A stretch of 64,000 nt of DNA from Candidatus Nomurabacteria bacterium (GCA_023898625.1 CP060231.1:148258-212257); one strand, 5' to 3'. Shown: positions 43,139-52,512, counted from the first letter of the stretch. Notes: generated by a model from the letters alone, not told the origin. Made by a program: numbers and translations.

Positions 43139-46100
43139 CCCTGCTTGTTTGAGATATTGCCATCATTATCGATAGTTATCTCGTCATTTCCCAGTTTACT
43201 TAAGTCGATCTCTCCTGTTCCCTTGTCGACATCTTTAGCGTCCTCTTCGCCCTGAGTATTTGAAATACCTGGATTTGTTGTCAACCTAGATTTATCCTCG
43301 ATACCTACTTCATCCTTTCTTGGTTGAATAGGTGTAAATACCTGACCTGCACTAGTTGGTGGTTTGGATAATAATGAATCCTGTTGAGGTTGAGGTTGAG
43401 GTTGAGGTTGAGGTTGAGGTTGAGGTTGAGGTTGAGGTTGAGGTTGAGGTTGAGGTTGAGGTTGAGGTTGAGGTTGAGGTTGAGGTTGAGGTTGAGGTTG
43501 AGGTTGAGGTTGAGGTTGAGGTTGAGGTTGAGGTTGAGGTTGAGGTTGAGGTGCGACCTTCTTCTTGGCCAACCATTCATCAAGGAATGACTTCGGTTGT
43601 ACTGCTTTAGGAGCTGTAGCTTGCTGAGGTGATGCCATCTGATTATTCGAACCAAATTGACCACCTACCCCAGATGCTGGCCTTGATCTAGGTATGCTAG
43701 ATGACGATCCGAACGCTGTTTTGGGAGGTTCCTTGGTGGATAATCGTGCAAAGATCTCCTCTTCTACTTTTGCTTTTGGACGCCCGTATTTAGCCGCTGA
43801 CAACTGTTTTAAGGCGCTTGATAGCTTTTCATTAGGTTTTCCTAGTGTTGGCAGTGTAGCCATACTAAACGGTTGTGTAGGTACTCCGCTGATCAATGTT
43901 CTAACAATGGTATTGAAATTTGGGACACGTAGCAAATCATCACCATCAAATAATGGCTGAAAGTATCTAGACAGCGTATCTACGTCATTCTGACCAATCC
44001 TAAACGAAACAATTGTACCAATATTACCAAAAACTGCTTCTCGAATCTCATCTGTTAATTGGGTTGTAAACTGGTTGGCAACAACCAAATTAAGGTGATA
44101 CTTTCGCGCCTCTGACATAATTGTAGCAAATGAGTCTGTTGAGAAGTTCTGAAACTCATCTACATACAAACAAAAATCTTGTCGTTGATCTTCAAGAATA
44201 TTAGCTCTACTCATAGCTGCTGCCTGAAATTTCATAACAAAAATCATACCTAACAACCTAGAGTTTAATTCACCTGTCTTTCCTTTACTGAGATTAACTA
44301 ATAGAATCTTTTTGTTGTCCATAATATCCCGTAAATCAAACGAGCTTTTAGTCTGACCAATGATATTTCGCATCATTTCATTACTTAAGAACGCTCCGAA
44401 CTTGCTGACAACCCAAGCAATGACTTCGCCTGAATCATTTGATCTCTGTGAATTAGGCCATTCTTTGGTCCAAAAATCGATAACATTTTGATCTTCAACA
44501 TACTGAAGTTTCTCCTTCATGAATGGAGGGTCAATTAACAATTTAGGAATATCTACAAAAGTACCACCTTTAGGGTCAGACATAAGTAGTAGCGCCGCAT
44601 TGGTATATATCCTCTCAAAGCGTGGCCCAACAATACCTTGTCGTTGTGGGTCATACAACTTATATAGCATATTCAATGTCTCTTGAACTAGGAAATCCTT
44701 CTGTTCAGGAGTATAGAATTCAAATAGATTTAGGCCCATAGGGTACTCCATATCTGATGGACAAAAATACATAATGTCTTCGGTCCTCTCCTTTGGAACC
44801 ATTGACAGTAACTTCTCTGCTGTATCGCCATGAGGATCAACAAAAGCAAAGCCATCACCATTTAACATGTCTTGTAATGCTAGATTTTCGAGAAATGTTG
44901 ATTTACCAGTACCTGTTTGTCCAACAACATACATATGTCTTTGTCGGTCACTCAAACTTAACCTAATCGGCTTTTTGGCGCCCCTAAACAAGTTGTATCC
45001 TAGCAATAAGCCATCATCAGGCATATTCCTTGGCGCATCAACCTGCTTCGATGCTTGTCTCTCTAGCTGTGAAGTTGGGATGTTTTTTTGATCTGGGAAG
45101 TGAAAGATACCAGCAAGCTCTACTGAGTTTAAAATATTCTTAGTCATTGATGGAGGAAAAAATCTGAGTATGTACGATGTTACAAAACTATCAATATCTT
45201 TTGCTTGCGTAAATTTAAATCCATTCCTGCCTGGTGCATCATACAATGAGAATGATGCTACGACATGATTCAAGATTGTCTGTGACTTCTGCGAGACATT
45301 AGATGATGCTACGATACGAATAAGAGTTTCATATCCAGGATGCCTAGTCTTATCATCAATGGCATCAAGTACAGACTGCTCCATGTTTGATAGATCAGGT
45401 TTGTCAGATCCACTATCTTTATTACCTTTATCTTCTGGTGGCTTCCATAAGGCAACAAATATTTGCTTAATCCACCAAAAAGCTTCTTCTTTTGGCTTGT
45501 TGCCTCCCTTACCCTTTCTTTTTGAGCTGGCAATTTCAGATGCTTGTTTACGCCAATTTGGGTTTGCTGGCCTCATTAATATCTGTATTCCTACGCCATC
45601 TTCATTATCCAATTCAGCTAAAGCATTTAGTAATGACTGAATGGGGTCTCTTTTTATATCTTGATAGGTTGCTATCGGATAAGCAAATGACTCTTTAAGC
45701 GTTAATTCACCTCCAGTTGTAGCAGCAATTTTTCCAACCGGGCTAAATATATTATGTTCCTCCACCTCTTCTAATCGCGCTGTAGGATACGAGCTAATTA
45801 CAGCCTGCTTAACTACATCAACTAAAGCAACCGGAACAGCGGCATAAAAATTAACGAAACCCTTAACCCCAATAATTTCGAAAGCAAAGTGTCTCTGTCC
45901 ATAGAATTTTGATTTCAACCCCTTTTTCATGGTACTTGCAATAATTCCGTACATAATCTGAGCTTTTGATATATTCTCATCAATAACTTCTCGATCATCA
46001 CGCCCACCCGAATCTTTGTCGTCGCTGGATGGAGGAAGATGGATTAGTAACGGGACCATTTTGAGTCCACGCTCATAATTCTTTTGTTCACGCAATAAAT

Positions 46101-46182
46101 TTCGCGAATGAACAAAGACAATAGGAACCACAATAACGACAATGGCAACCAATACCGCTATAATAAACAAAAAACCACTCAT
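43135..46182 (-). CDS. Membrane-anchored VirD4/TraG/TrwB-like (type IV secretion coupling-protein-like) P-loop ATPase with a C-terminal (PQ)28 tract
   Basis: 1015-aa ORF with N-terminal TM helix. Walker A VVGQTGTGKST, FVDPHGD and Walker B CLYVDEFQNF, then LNLVVANQF. The architecture resembles T4SS coupling / DUF87-type ATPases. Confidence 0.65.
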   Translation of the reverse strand: MSGFLFIIAVLVAIVVIVVPIVFVHSRNLLREQKNYERGLKMVPLLIHLPPSSDDKDSGGRDDREVIDENISKAQIMYGIIASTMKKGLKSKFYGQRHFAFEIIGVKGFVNFYAAVPVALVDVVKQAVISSYPTARLEEVEEHNIFSPVGKIAATTGGELTLKESFAYPIATYQDIKRDPIQSLLNALAELDNEDGVGIQILMRPANPNWRKQASEIASSKRKGKGGNKPKEEAFWWIKQIFVALWKPPEDKGNKDSGSDKPDLSNMEQSVLDAIDDKTRHPGYETLIRIVASSNVSQKSQTILNHVVASFSLYDAPGRNGFKFTQAKDIDSFVTSYILRFFPPSMTKNILNSVELAGIFHFPDQKNIPTSQLERQASKQVDAPRNMPDDGLLLGYNLFRGAKKPIRLSLSDRQRHMYVVGQTGTGKSTFLENLALQDMLNGDGFAFVDPHGDTAEKLLSMVPKERTEDIMYFCPSDMEYPMGLNLFEFYTPEQKDFLVQETLNMLYKLYDPQRQGIVGPRFERIYTNAALLLMSDPKGGTFVDIPKLLIDPPFMKEKLQYVEDQNVIDFWTKEWPNSQRSNDSGEVIAWVVSKFGAFLSNEMMRNIIGQTKSSFDLRDIMDNKKILLVNLSKGKTGELNSRLLGMIFVMKFQAAAMSRANILEDQRQDFCLYVDEFQNFSTDSFATIMSEARKYHLNLVVANQFTTQLTDEIREAVFGNIGTIVSFRIGQNDVDTLSRYFQPLFDGDDLLRVPNFNTIVRTLISGVPTQPFSMATLPTLGKPNEKLSSALKQLSAAKYGRPKAKVEEEIFARLSTKEPPKTAFGSSSSIPRSRPASGVGGQFGSNNQMASPQQATAPKAVQPKSFLDEWLAKKKVAPQPQPQPQPQPQPQPQPQPQPQPQPQPQPQPQPQPQPQPQPQPQPQPQPQPQPQPQQDSLLSKPPTSAGQVFTPIQPRKDEVGIEDKSRLTTNPGISNTQGEEDAKDVDKGTGEIDLSKLGNDEITIDNDGNISNKQG
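43384..43551. repeat. Perfect hexanucleotide microsatellite (TTGAGG)28, i.e. (CCTCAA)28 on the coding strand
   Basis: 168 bp with no interruption, counted directly from the sequence. It encodes (Pro-Gln)28 in the ATPase. Confidence 0.99.
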
Positions 46183-46604
46183 TATTCACTCTTTGATAAA
46201 TCTTTATTATATCTCTTCTTGATATAATCAGTCTTTATTTCACTTATTGCTTTATTCTGAAGGTATGGATTATCTTTGGTCTTGTTGACAATCTCCTTAG
46301 CCTTTTCTACCCACTCCTTTTCAATAAGATCAACATCGTCAGCTATCATTGGAGAATTAGTTGTCGAACTTACTGAAGAACTTGAAGCCACGCCAGTCTG
46401 ATTTTCCAGACTTGCTGTATTTGAGCGATCATTCAGGGTTATTGATTTGTCATCACTATCTGTAGCTTGTGTTGTAATTGCCGGCATAGCTGTCGTAGGG
46501 GCTTTTCTATCTTCATTATTAACAACACCACCAGAATTACTGGATTCTGGTTTTACGTCTGGAAGCTCTAGGTTATTTGGGGTTTGTGTTCCATCCTGAT
46601 TCAT
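46182..46604 (-). CDS. Hypothetical protein (Ser/Thr/Asn-rich N-terminal half, conserved-looking basic C-terminus)
   Basis: 140-aa ORF. Its stop overlaps the start of the ATPase gene (ATGA), implying translational coupling. Confidence 0.5.
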   Translation of the reverse strand: MNQDGTQTPNNLELPDVKPESSNSGGVVNNEDRKAPTTAMPAITTQATDSDDKSITLNDRSNTASLENQTGVASSSSVSSTTNSPMIADDVDLIEKEWVEKAKEIVNKTKDNPYLQNKAISEIKTDYIKKRYNKDLSKSE

Positions 46605-46668
46605 TAAAACAATTATACCAATAACTTATTGTTTACTCTAGATAAAATATACAAAAGCCAGACATCCT

Positions 46669-47028
46669 CTATTTATCTGATGACGTTTTAGATGTGTACC
46701 AAAGAATTATTATCGTAATTAACACACACAAGATGATGTCTCGAATTGTTAATTGTGTGATAGATTGAATTAATAGTAAAACAACAGGCATAACGCTTGT
46801 GGTTAAAGATATTATTCGCTTCTTTGACTTAGACAAGGTAAAAAATGCTTCCAAGAACATATCAATAGTCAAAAAAAACGCCATAAAAATCAGTAAAAAC
46901 GGTGCTAATACGACAATTAATGGCAACCTTTCGGGATTTGTAAACAGTAAGAGAACCACGATTAAGGAATATAGCAATACAACTACAGTAAGTTTTTTTC
47001 GAGATTTATTCACATAACAATTATACAA
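46669..47028 (-). CDS. Hypothetical small integral membrane protein (3-4 TM helices)
   Basis: 119-aa ORF made almost entirely of hydrophobic segments. Confidence 0.5.
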   Translation of the reverse strand: MYNCYVNKSRKKLTVVVLLYSLIVVLLLFTNPERLPLIVVLAPFLLIFMAFFLTIDMFLEAFFTLSKSKKRIISLTTSVMPVVLLLIQSITQLTIRDIILCVLITIIILWYTSKTSSDK

Positions 47029-48271
47029 GTAAAAACGTAAACAACTAAAAAGCTGGACGACAAATCCGCTCTATTTTTATGACTTATTTAGCGCTTGCCG
47101 TCCTTAGCTATGACTGACCGCTCATGTTTGTGATAAACAAACAGTGAGCGCCGACACACATGTTTTGTTTTTACTCCACTGTCTTTAATGCTACACCATT
47201 TTGTAGTAATAGTCAATACTTTTCGTTGTAAATATGATTTTTTTATCTTAGAATATTGATTTGATATTCATATTTGTTGTTATATATATGTTGTGAATAT
47301 AATTACGTTTGCTATAAATATTCTCTATTTTTTAATCAAATATTTTGTTCATAAGAAAATATTCATAGATCTAATAGCTTTTCATGATCATGTATTCAGA
47401 GTTAAGCTCAATACTTCAGCAAAACATATCTCAAAGCCTATATAGACATAACCATTGTTTCAATAAGCAATAACGTACTTGGTAATGTTCTTGTTACACA
47501 GTGTTCACTAAAGTACTTAACGTAGAGTCATATTCGAAACCACAACATTCTATCTCAAAAAAAGATGAATATATATAATTCTAAGCATGTCTCAAGTTTC
47601 ACTAAAAAAATTACTCTGCAAAGAATTAAGCCAGAGTAACACTACTTGGCTAAAATCACTTATTAGACTTCATAATTGATTACCTCACTAAAACAACAAA
47701 CTAATAACATTACTTAAAACATGAACAACAAAACTACTAGTCCAGTATATATAATACCCCGATTAACTTTATGCAGAATATATAGATTGTTGCAATAACT
47801 AAACATAAACTTATATCATGAGAATCTTATAGGCACAGATTTGAAAACACACAAGGAATGCGGGATTCACGTTGACTATGAGGTCTTTATGTTTACCGTA
47901 ATTTACTCAATTTTCACAGACTTATATGCTTTTATCTAATTGATGTGATACTTATTCAAGAGCCTTGTATGATTTTTATAATACTCCATAGATTACTGAA
48001 TCTAGTACTATAAGGCTAGTAGCTCGTTAGTCATAAAAAACATACTATACGCAAATTACATATCGCTCTCCATGAGTTAACCCCCAGCATTAAATCGCCA
48101 CATAAGAATTTTGTTGAAGTAACTATACAATCTCACAAATTCGTCCAAAAATTTATCATTAATAAACATTTAAACTGCCCATATTGCAACAAACAACAGG
48201 TTTTTTAGTAATGATCTGTATACTCAAAAAAAAGTTATACACAGCTTTGTTCAATTTAAAGCATATTCTTG

Positions 48272-48300
48272 TTGACATGTATTTTAGTAATTTATAAGAT
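48272..48300 (+). promoter_or_regulatory. Sigma-70-like promoter candidate
   Basis: TTGACA (48272-48277), 17-nt spacer, TAAGAT (48295-48300). This is the same -35/-10 pair as the 16S promoter candidate. Confidence 0.4.
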
Positions 48301-48306
48301 GTATTT

Positions 48307-48475
48307 AGCACTTGAATAAAAAAAGTGCTCAAAAACAAAAACGACTCAACAACAACGGCTTCTCGCAAGCCGTTGTTCCAATAAGAATAATAAACACTCA
48401 AAACCTTAACAAACACAACCTTCCAATAACTAACAACCCATCAAAAAGTTTTTGATGGGTTGTTGCTTTTGTTTA
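48307..48475 (+). ncRNA. Candidate ~170-nt sRNA or attenuator-type leader upstream of comM
   Basis: Three hairpins: AGCACTT...AAGTGCT (48308-48330), AACAACGGCTT-CTCG-AAGCCGTTGTT (~48349-48375) and the terminator AACAACCCATCAAAAA-GT-TTTTTGATGGGTTGTT followed by GCTTTTGTTT (48436-48475). CA-rich single-stranded linkers. Confidence 0.35.
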
Positions 48476-48488
48476 ACTCAAACTCAGT

Positions 48489-50036
48489 ATGTACAATCAG
48501 AATATTATTATGAAAAATGTCATCCACAGTGTTTTAGATCTTGGGTATGATGGAATACTTTTAGATATCGAGTGCCAGCTTTCGAACGGACTTCCAAACA
48601 TAGTTATTGTTGGGCACGTAGGTAGGCCCATAGACGAATCAAAAGAACGCATACGCAGTGCATTCGCCAACAATTCAATCCACCTACCCAGAAAACGAAT
48701 CACGATCAATATAGCACCTGCTGATACTCCGAAAGTAGAAACTAGCCTAGATTTAGCAATTGTTGCTTCAATAATGACTGCAAGCAAGCTAGTTAATGCA
48801 CCACAAAACCCCTCTGTATTTATGGGCGAAATTGGTCTTGATGGTTCGGTTAGACCAATTAGAGGTATTATTGGAAAAATCTTAATTGCTAAAAAATCTA
48901 AAAATATTTTAGATTATTATATCCCCAGAGAAAACCTAAGACAGGCCGAGTTGCTGGAAGGAATCAATATCTACCCTATCTCTTCTATTAAGGAACTTTA
49001 CCTCCATTTATCTGGTCATAAATTGATACAAAAACACAAGGGTATGCCTAGCCTCTCACAAACACACCCAAAACAAAATGATTCTTATTCTTATACTTTT
49101 GAATATATTGCTGGACAAAAAGTTGCGAAAAGAGGTTTAGAAATTTCTGCGGCTGGAGGTCACAACATACTACTAAATGGGCCTCCCGGAACTGGCAAAA
49201 GTATGCTTGCGAAAGCTATGATTAGCATTCTTCCGAATCTAACTATAGATGAGTCACTTGAAGTAACTCATCTGCACAGCCTAATAAGCCACGACTTTGA
49301 CGACATAGTTACAAGCAGACCATTTAGATCCCCTCACCACACTGCAAGTAATACAGCAATAATTGGCGGAGGAAACTATCCAATGCCAGGAGAGATTAGT
49401 CTTAGCCATAAAGGAGTTCTGTTCTTTGATGAGTTGCCTGAATTCAAGCGATCATCACTAGAGGCGCTCCGCCAACCTCTTGAGGATAATATGATTACCG
49501 TAACTCGCACCAAAGGAACTGCTACTTACCCAGCAAACTTTATTTTGGTTGCGACCTCCAACCCTTGCCCATGTGGGTACTATAATACACACCAGGAATG
49601 CCATTGTAGCCCTCAACAGATAGCTAAATACCAACAAAAAATGTCTGGACCAATACTGGACAGAATAGACATATTTTCAAATGTAGACAATATAGAGCAC
49701 AAAAGTTTACTCGCTGGCAAAAGCACAGAAGAATCGAGTGCAGTAATTGCTAAAAGAGTTGCCGACGCAAGACTAATTCAAAAAGTACGCTTTGCGAAAA
49801 CCAAGACAAATAGCGAAATGAATAATCAGGATATCAAAGATACTGCTTGTCTGTCGCCAAGCGCCAAATCTCTTCTCGATAGTGCTTCAAAAAAGCTTCA
49901 TATTTCACCGAGAAGTTACATGAGAACAATAAAGGTAGCGAGGACCATTGCCGACCTAGATCAATCAAAGAGCATTGAACCAATGCATATTGCCGAATCA
50001 TTACAATTCAGACCAAAGTTATCCCATCAACTCTAA
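48489..50036 (+). CDS. comM: YifB/ComM-family Mg-chelatase-like AAA+ ATPase
   Basis: 515-aa ORF. Lon-like N-terminal domain, Walker A GPPGTGKSMLA, LFFDELPEF, and a Cys cluster NPCPCGYY...CHCS. Confidence 0.9.
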   Translation: MYNQNIIMKNVIHSVLDLGYDGILLDIECQLSNGLPNIVIVGHVGRPIDESKERIRSAFANNSIHLPRKRITINIAPADTPKVETSLDLAIVASIMTASKLVNAPQNPSVFMGEIGLDGSVRPIRGIIGKILIAKKSKNILDYYIPRENLRQAELLEGINIYPISSIKELYLHLSGHKLIQKHKGMPSLSQTHPKQNDSYSYTFEYIAGQKVAKRGLEISAAGGHNILLNGPPGTGKSMLAKAMISILPNLTIDESLEVTHLHSLISHDFDDIVTSRPFRSPHHTASNTAIIGGGNYPMPGEISLSHKGVLFFDELPEFKRSSLEALRQPLEDNMITVTRTKGTATYPANFILVATSNPCPCGYYNTHQECHCSPQQIAKYQQKMSGPILDRIDIFSNVDNIEHKSLLAGKSTEESSAVIAKRVADARLIQKVRFAKTKTNSEMNNQDIKDTACLSPSAKSLLDSASKKLHISPRSYMRTIKVARTIADLDQSKSIEPMHIAESLQFRPKLSHQL

Positions 50037-50102
50037 GCAAAAGCTTGACCCCTGTTTTAATATCTGTTAAAATTCTCCAGAGTATTAATTTATTAAAAGG
50101 AG

Positions 50103-50639
50103 TTGAGTATTAGCAAAGAAACCCGCCTGAACGAGTCGATTCGGGCACCACAGCTTCGAGTCATAACCGAGGACGGAAGACAGCTGGGTATCATGAGTCG
50201 AGTTGAGGCTCTGAACGTTGCAAGAAATGAAGGACTTGACCTAGTTGAGTTGTCTCCAAATGCAAACCCTCCCGTAGCGAAGATAATTGATTGGGGTAAA
50301 TACAACTACCAAAAGACCAAACAATTACAAAAAAATAAGCGCAACGCCAAAGCATTGGATGTTAAACAAATCAGATTGGGGCTTAAGATAGGACAGCACG
50401 ACTTAGAGGTTAAACTTAAGAAAGTATTTACATTTCTTTCAGAAGGACATAAAGTAAAGTTTGCGATCTTCTATAGGGGGCGCGAACTAGCGCATAAAGA
50501 TCTCGGCTTCAAACTTGCAGAAAAAATCATCGAAGCACTTGGTGAACAAGCAATAATTGACCAAAAGCCTCAATTCAGCGGAAAACAACTAATATTCACA
50601 ATAAGGAGTAATACAAATGCCAAAGTTAAAGACGCATAG
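50103..50639 (+). CDS. infC: Translation initiation factor IF-3 (TTG start)
   Basis: 178-aa ORF. ...RLNESIRAPQLRVITEDGRQLGIMSRVEALNVARNEGLDLVE... Non-ATG start, as is common for infC. Confidence 0.93.
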   Translation: MSISKETRLNESIRAPQLRVITEDGRQLGIMSRVEALNVARNEGLDLVELSPNANPPVAKIIDWGKYNYQKTKQLQKNKRNAKALDVKQIRLGLKIGQHDLEVKLKKVFTFLSEGHKVKFAIFYRGRELAHKDLGFKLAEKIIEALGEQAIIDQKPQFSGKQLIFTIRSNTNAKVKDA

Positions 50640-50811
50640 CGGTACAAAAGATCGTTTTAAAGTAACAAAGAGTGGCAAGGTTATGCATGGACATTCATTC
50701 AAAGGACATAACCTTTCAAAGAAAGGTGCTGCTCGTAAACGTAACTTCGCCGTGCCACAAACAGCATCAGGCAAGTCAGTTAAATCAATTAAGAGAAACT
50801 TAGGAGTGTAG
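50617..50811 (+). CDS. rpmI: 50S ribosomal protein L35
   Basis: MPKLKTHSGTKDRFKVTKSGKVMH.... Overlaps the infC 3' end by 23 nt. Confidence 0.93.
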   Translation: MPKLKTHSGTKDRFKVTKSGKVMHGHSFKGHNLSKKGAARKRNFAVPQTASGKSVKSIKRNLGV

Positions 50812-50816
50812 ATATT

Positions 50817-51170
50817 ATGCGCGTAAAAAGAGGAACCGCATCCAGGCAAAAACATAACAAGATTCGTAAATCGACTCGTGGCATGACTCATGGCAATAGA
50901 GTAAGTATTAAGAGAGGTAAACAAGCGATAGTACGATCCTTGCAAAATGCCACCCGTGACCGCAAAAACAGAAAACGAACTTTTAGGCAGCTTTGGAATA
51001 CTCGAATTAATGCAGGAGCACGCTTAAACGGTACGACTTATAGTAAGCTCATAGCAAACCTAAAAACTGCTAATATCAGCCTTGACCGCAAGATACTGGC
51101 AGAGCTTGCCGTTAATGAACCTGTGGCCTTTAGCGAAGTTGCAAAGATAGTATCAAAAAACGGCAAGTAA
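50817..51170 (+). CDS. rplT: 50S ribosomal protein L20
   Basis: MRVKRGTASRQKHNKIRKSTRG...FRQLWNTRINAGAR.... Confidence 0.95.
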   Translation: MRVKRGTASRQKHNKIRKSTRGMTHGNRVSIKRGKQAIVRSLQNATRDRKNRKRTFRQLWNTRINAGARLNGTTYSKLIANLKTANISLDRKILAELAVNEPVAFSEVAKIVSKNGK

Positions 51171-51203
51171 TCTTCAGACAATTAGGGGTTGGGTTAAACT
51201 TAC

Positions 51204-51230
51204 AAAATCACACTTAATAAGTGTGATTTT
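51204..51230. terminator. Bidirectional hairpin terminator between rplT and rnpB
   Basis: AAAATCACAC-TTAATAA-GTGTGATTTT. Confidence 0.65.
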
Positions 51231-51232
51231 GT

Positions 51233-51672
51233 ATGCCAGCCTATCTATAAGCCGGGTTCTGTTATTACTAGTCATCTATCTAGTCTACAAATTGCTTTGC
51301 AGATCAAGCGGGTTTCACGCGCATATCTAGCAGGATACTAATGTACAAAACGCACAATATGATACGCTACCTTGCAACAGACAGGGTTTACCTTTTGGTT
51401 ATGTCGCCATAATCAACTGTAGGCTCTTACCCTACTCTTTTCAACTTTACCTCGTATCCATTACTGGTATTCTACTCAATATATAACCGATATCAGCAAA
51501 GGATACGAGGCCGTCTTGTTTCTGTGGCACTTTCCCTAGAGTTACCTCTGGTTGCTGTTAGCAACTGCCCTTCCTTATGTTGCCCGGACTTTCCTCTCTG
51601 TACTTATGACCATCAAGCTAATTCCATCATTAATAGCCTTAAGTACAGAGCGACTAGTCGATAACCTGGCAG
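51233..51672 (-). ncRNA. rnpB: RNase P RNA (bacterial type A)
   Basis: Reverse complement contains CAGAGAGGAAAGTCCGGGCAACA (P4 5' strand), GGGAAAGTGCCACAGAAA, GGGTAAGAGCC and ACAGAACCCGGCTTATAGATAGGCTGGC (P4 3' strand plus P1 pairing with the 5' GCCAGGTTATC). Confidence 0.9.
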
Positions 51673-51678
51673 TGATGA

Positions 51679-52482
51679 TTATACCAGATTTTGATTAGCA
51701 TCTAGTATTCGATTTACTTCTGCATCTGCCAATTTATTATATTCTCGAGGTACGTGGGTAAAATCAACACTACGGAATTTATAGGTAAGCTCTTTAACAG
51801 CTCTATAAACCCCAAGAAGATCTTTGTTTTTTACTTTAAAGATACCTTTCATTTGGTTTATAACTAGCATACTATCCATATAAACATGAACAATTTCAGC
51901 CCCTAATTGATGAGCTCTCTCCAACCCCAATCGCAGAGAATGATATTCTGCTTGATTGTTGGTAGTTATATTTAAAAACTCTCCGTTTGTTTCAATCACA
52001 TGATTGTTCATATCGATTATCACGTATCCACTAGCTGAAGGACCTGGATTACCTCTAGAGCCACCATCCCCAAAAAGCTGTATTTCGACATATTTCGTTG
52101 TAGCATTGTCATCATTAGATTTTGCATTAATCTGCACATTTCTTGGCGTGAAGTCGAATTCAATTACCTTTACATGAGTATCCTCGTTTACGATATCACC
52201 GTAAAATAATGCCATTTGTTCATATAGCTCGGAAGTAGAGCCAAATTTTTCAAAATTTCCTTGTTCAAGATCCAGGTCGCCAATCCTTTGCAATGATACC
52301 TTATTAACACTGGCTACTCCTATATCAATCCATGTCTCTGGTTGATCTTCTCGTACTTTATCAATTACAACTATTTTGTCATCGACAGTTATACTTTTAT
52401 CGTCATCTATTCTTAGTGTAGCTGTCTGAATTCCATTTTTAATATTATCCGCTTCAATATGATTAAACTTTAGGCTTTTCAT
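51679..52482 (-). CDS. ASCH-like N-terminal domain fused to an RNase H (RNase HI-type) domain
   Basis: 267-aa ORF. The C-terminal half GDGGSRGNPGPSASGYVI...NNQAEYHSLRLGLE...VYMDSMLVINQM...REYNKLADAEVN has the DEDD RNase H pattern. Confidence 0.7.
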   Translation of the reverse strand: MKSLKFNHIEADNIKNGIQTATLRIDDDKSITVDDKIVVIDKVREDQPETWIDIGVASVNKVSLQRIGDLDLEQGNFEKFGSTSELYEQMALFYGDIVNEDTHVKVIEFDFTPRNVQINAKSNDDNATTKYVEIQLFGDGGSRGNPGPSASGYVIIDMNNHVIETNGEFLNITTNNQAEYHSLRLGLERAHQLGAEIVHVYMDSMLVINQMKGIFKVKNKDLLGVYRAVKELTYKFRSVDFTHVPREYNKLADAEVNRILDANQNLV

Positions 52483-52512
52483 TATTATCTATTCTACCTT
52501 AGAATACCATCT

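Noticed and set aside
43384-43551. Possible CRISPR array or other spaced repeat.
   Set aside because: It is a contiguous 6-bp tandem repeat without spacers, inside a coding region. No CRISPR-like repeat-spacer pattern or cas genes are seen anywhere in the window.
43305-43664. Four track ORFs made of LN, TS, VE and RL dipeptide repeats.
   Set aside because: They are alternative-frame and opposite-strand readings of the (TTGAGG)28 microsatellite, which lies inside the 1015-aa ATPase gene. They are not independent genes.
48159-48416. 85-aa minus-strand ORF in the AT-rich region.
   Set aside because: Low-complexity hydrophobic translation of AT-rich DNA. It overlaps the promoter and hairpins of the plus-strand RNA candidate and has no RBS.
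47029-48488. Chromosomal replication origin (AT-rich, divergent gene orientation, gyrBA nearby).
   Set aside because: No TTATCCACA-type DnaA boxes with fewer than 2-3 mismatches were found. There is no dnaA or dnaN in the window, and gene orientation to the right is not consistently co-directional. Kept only as an unexplained non-coding region.
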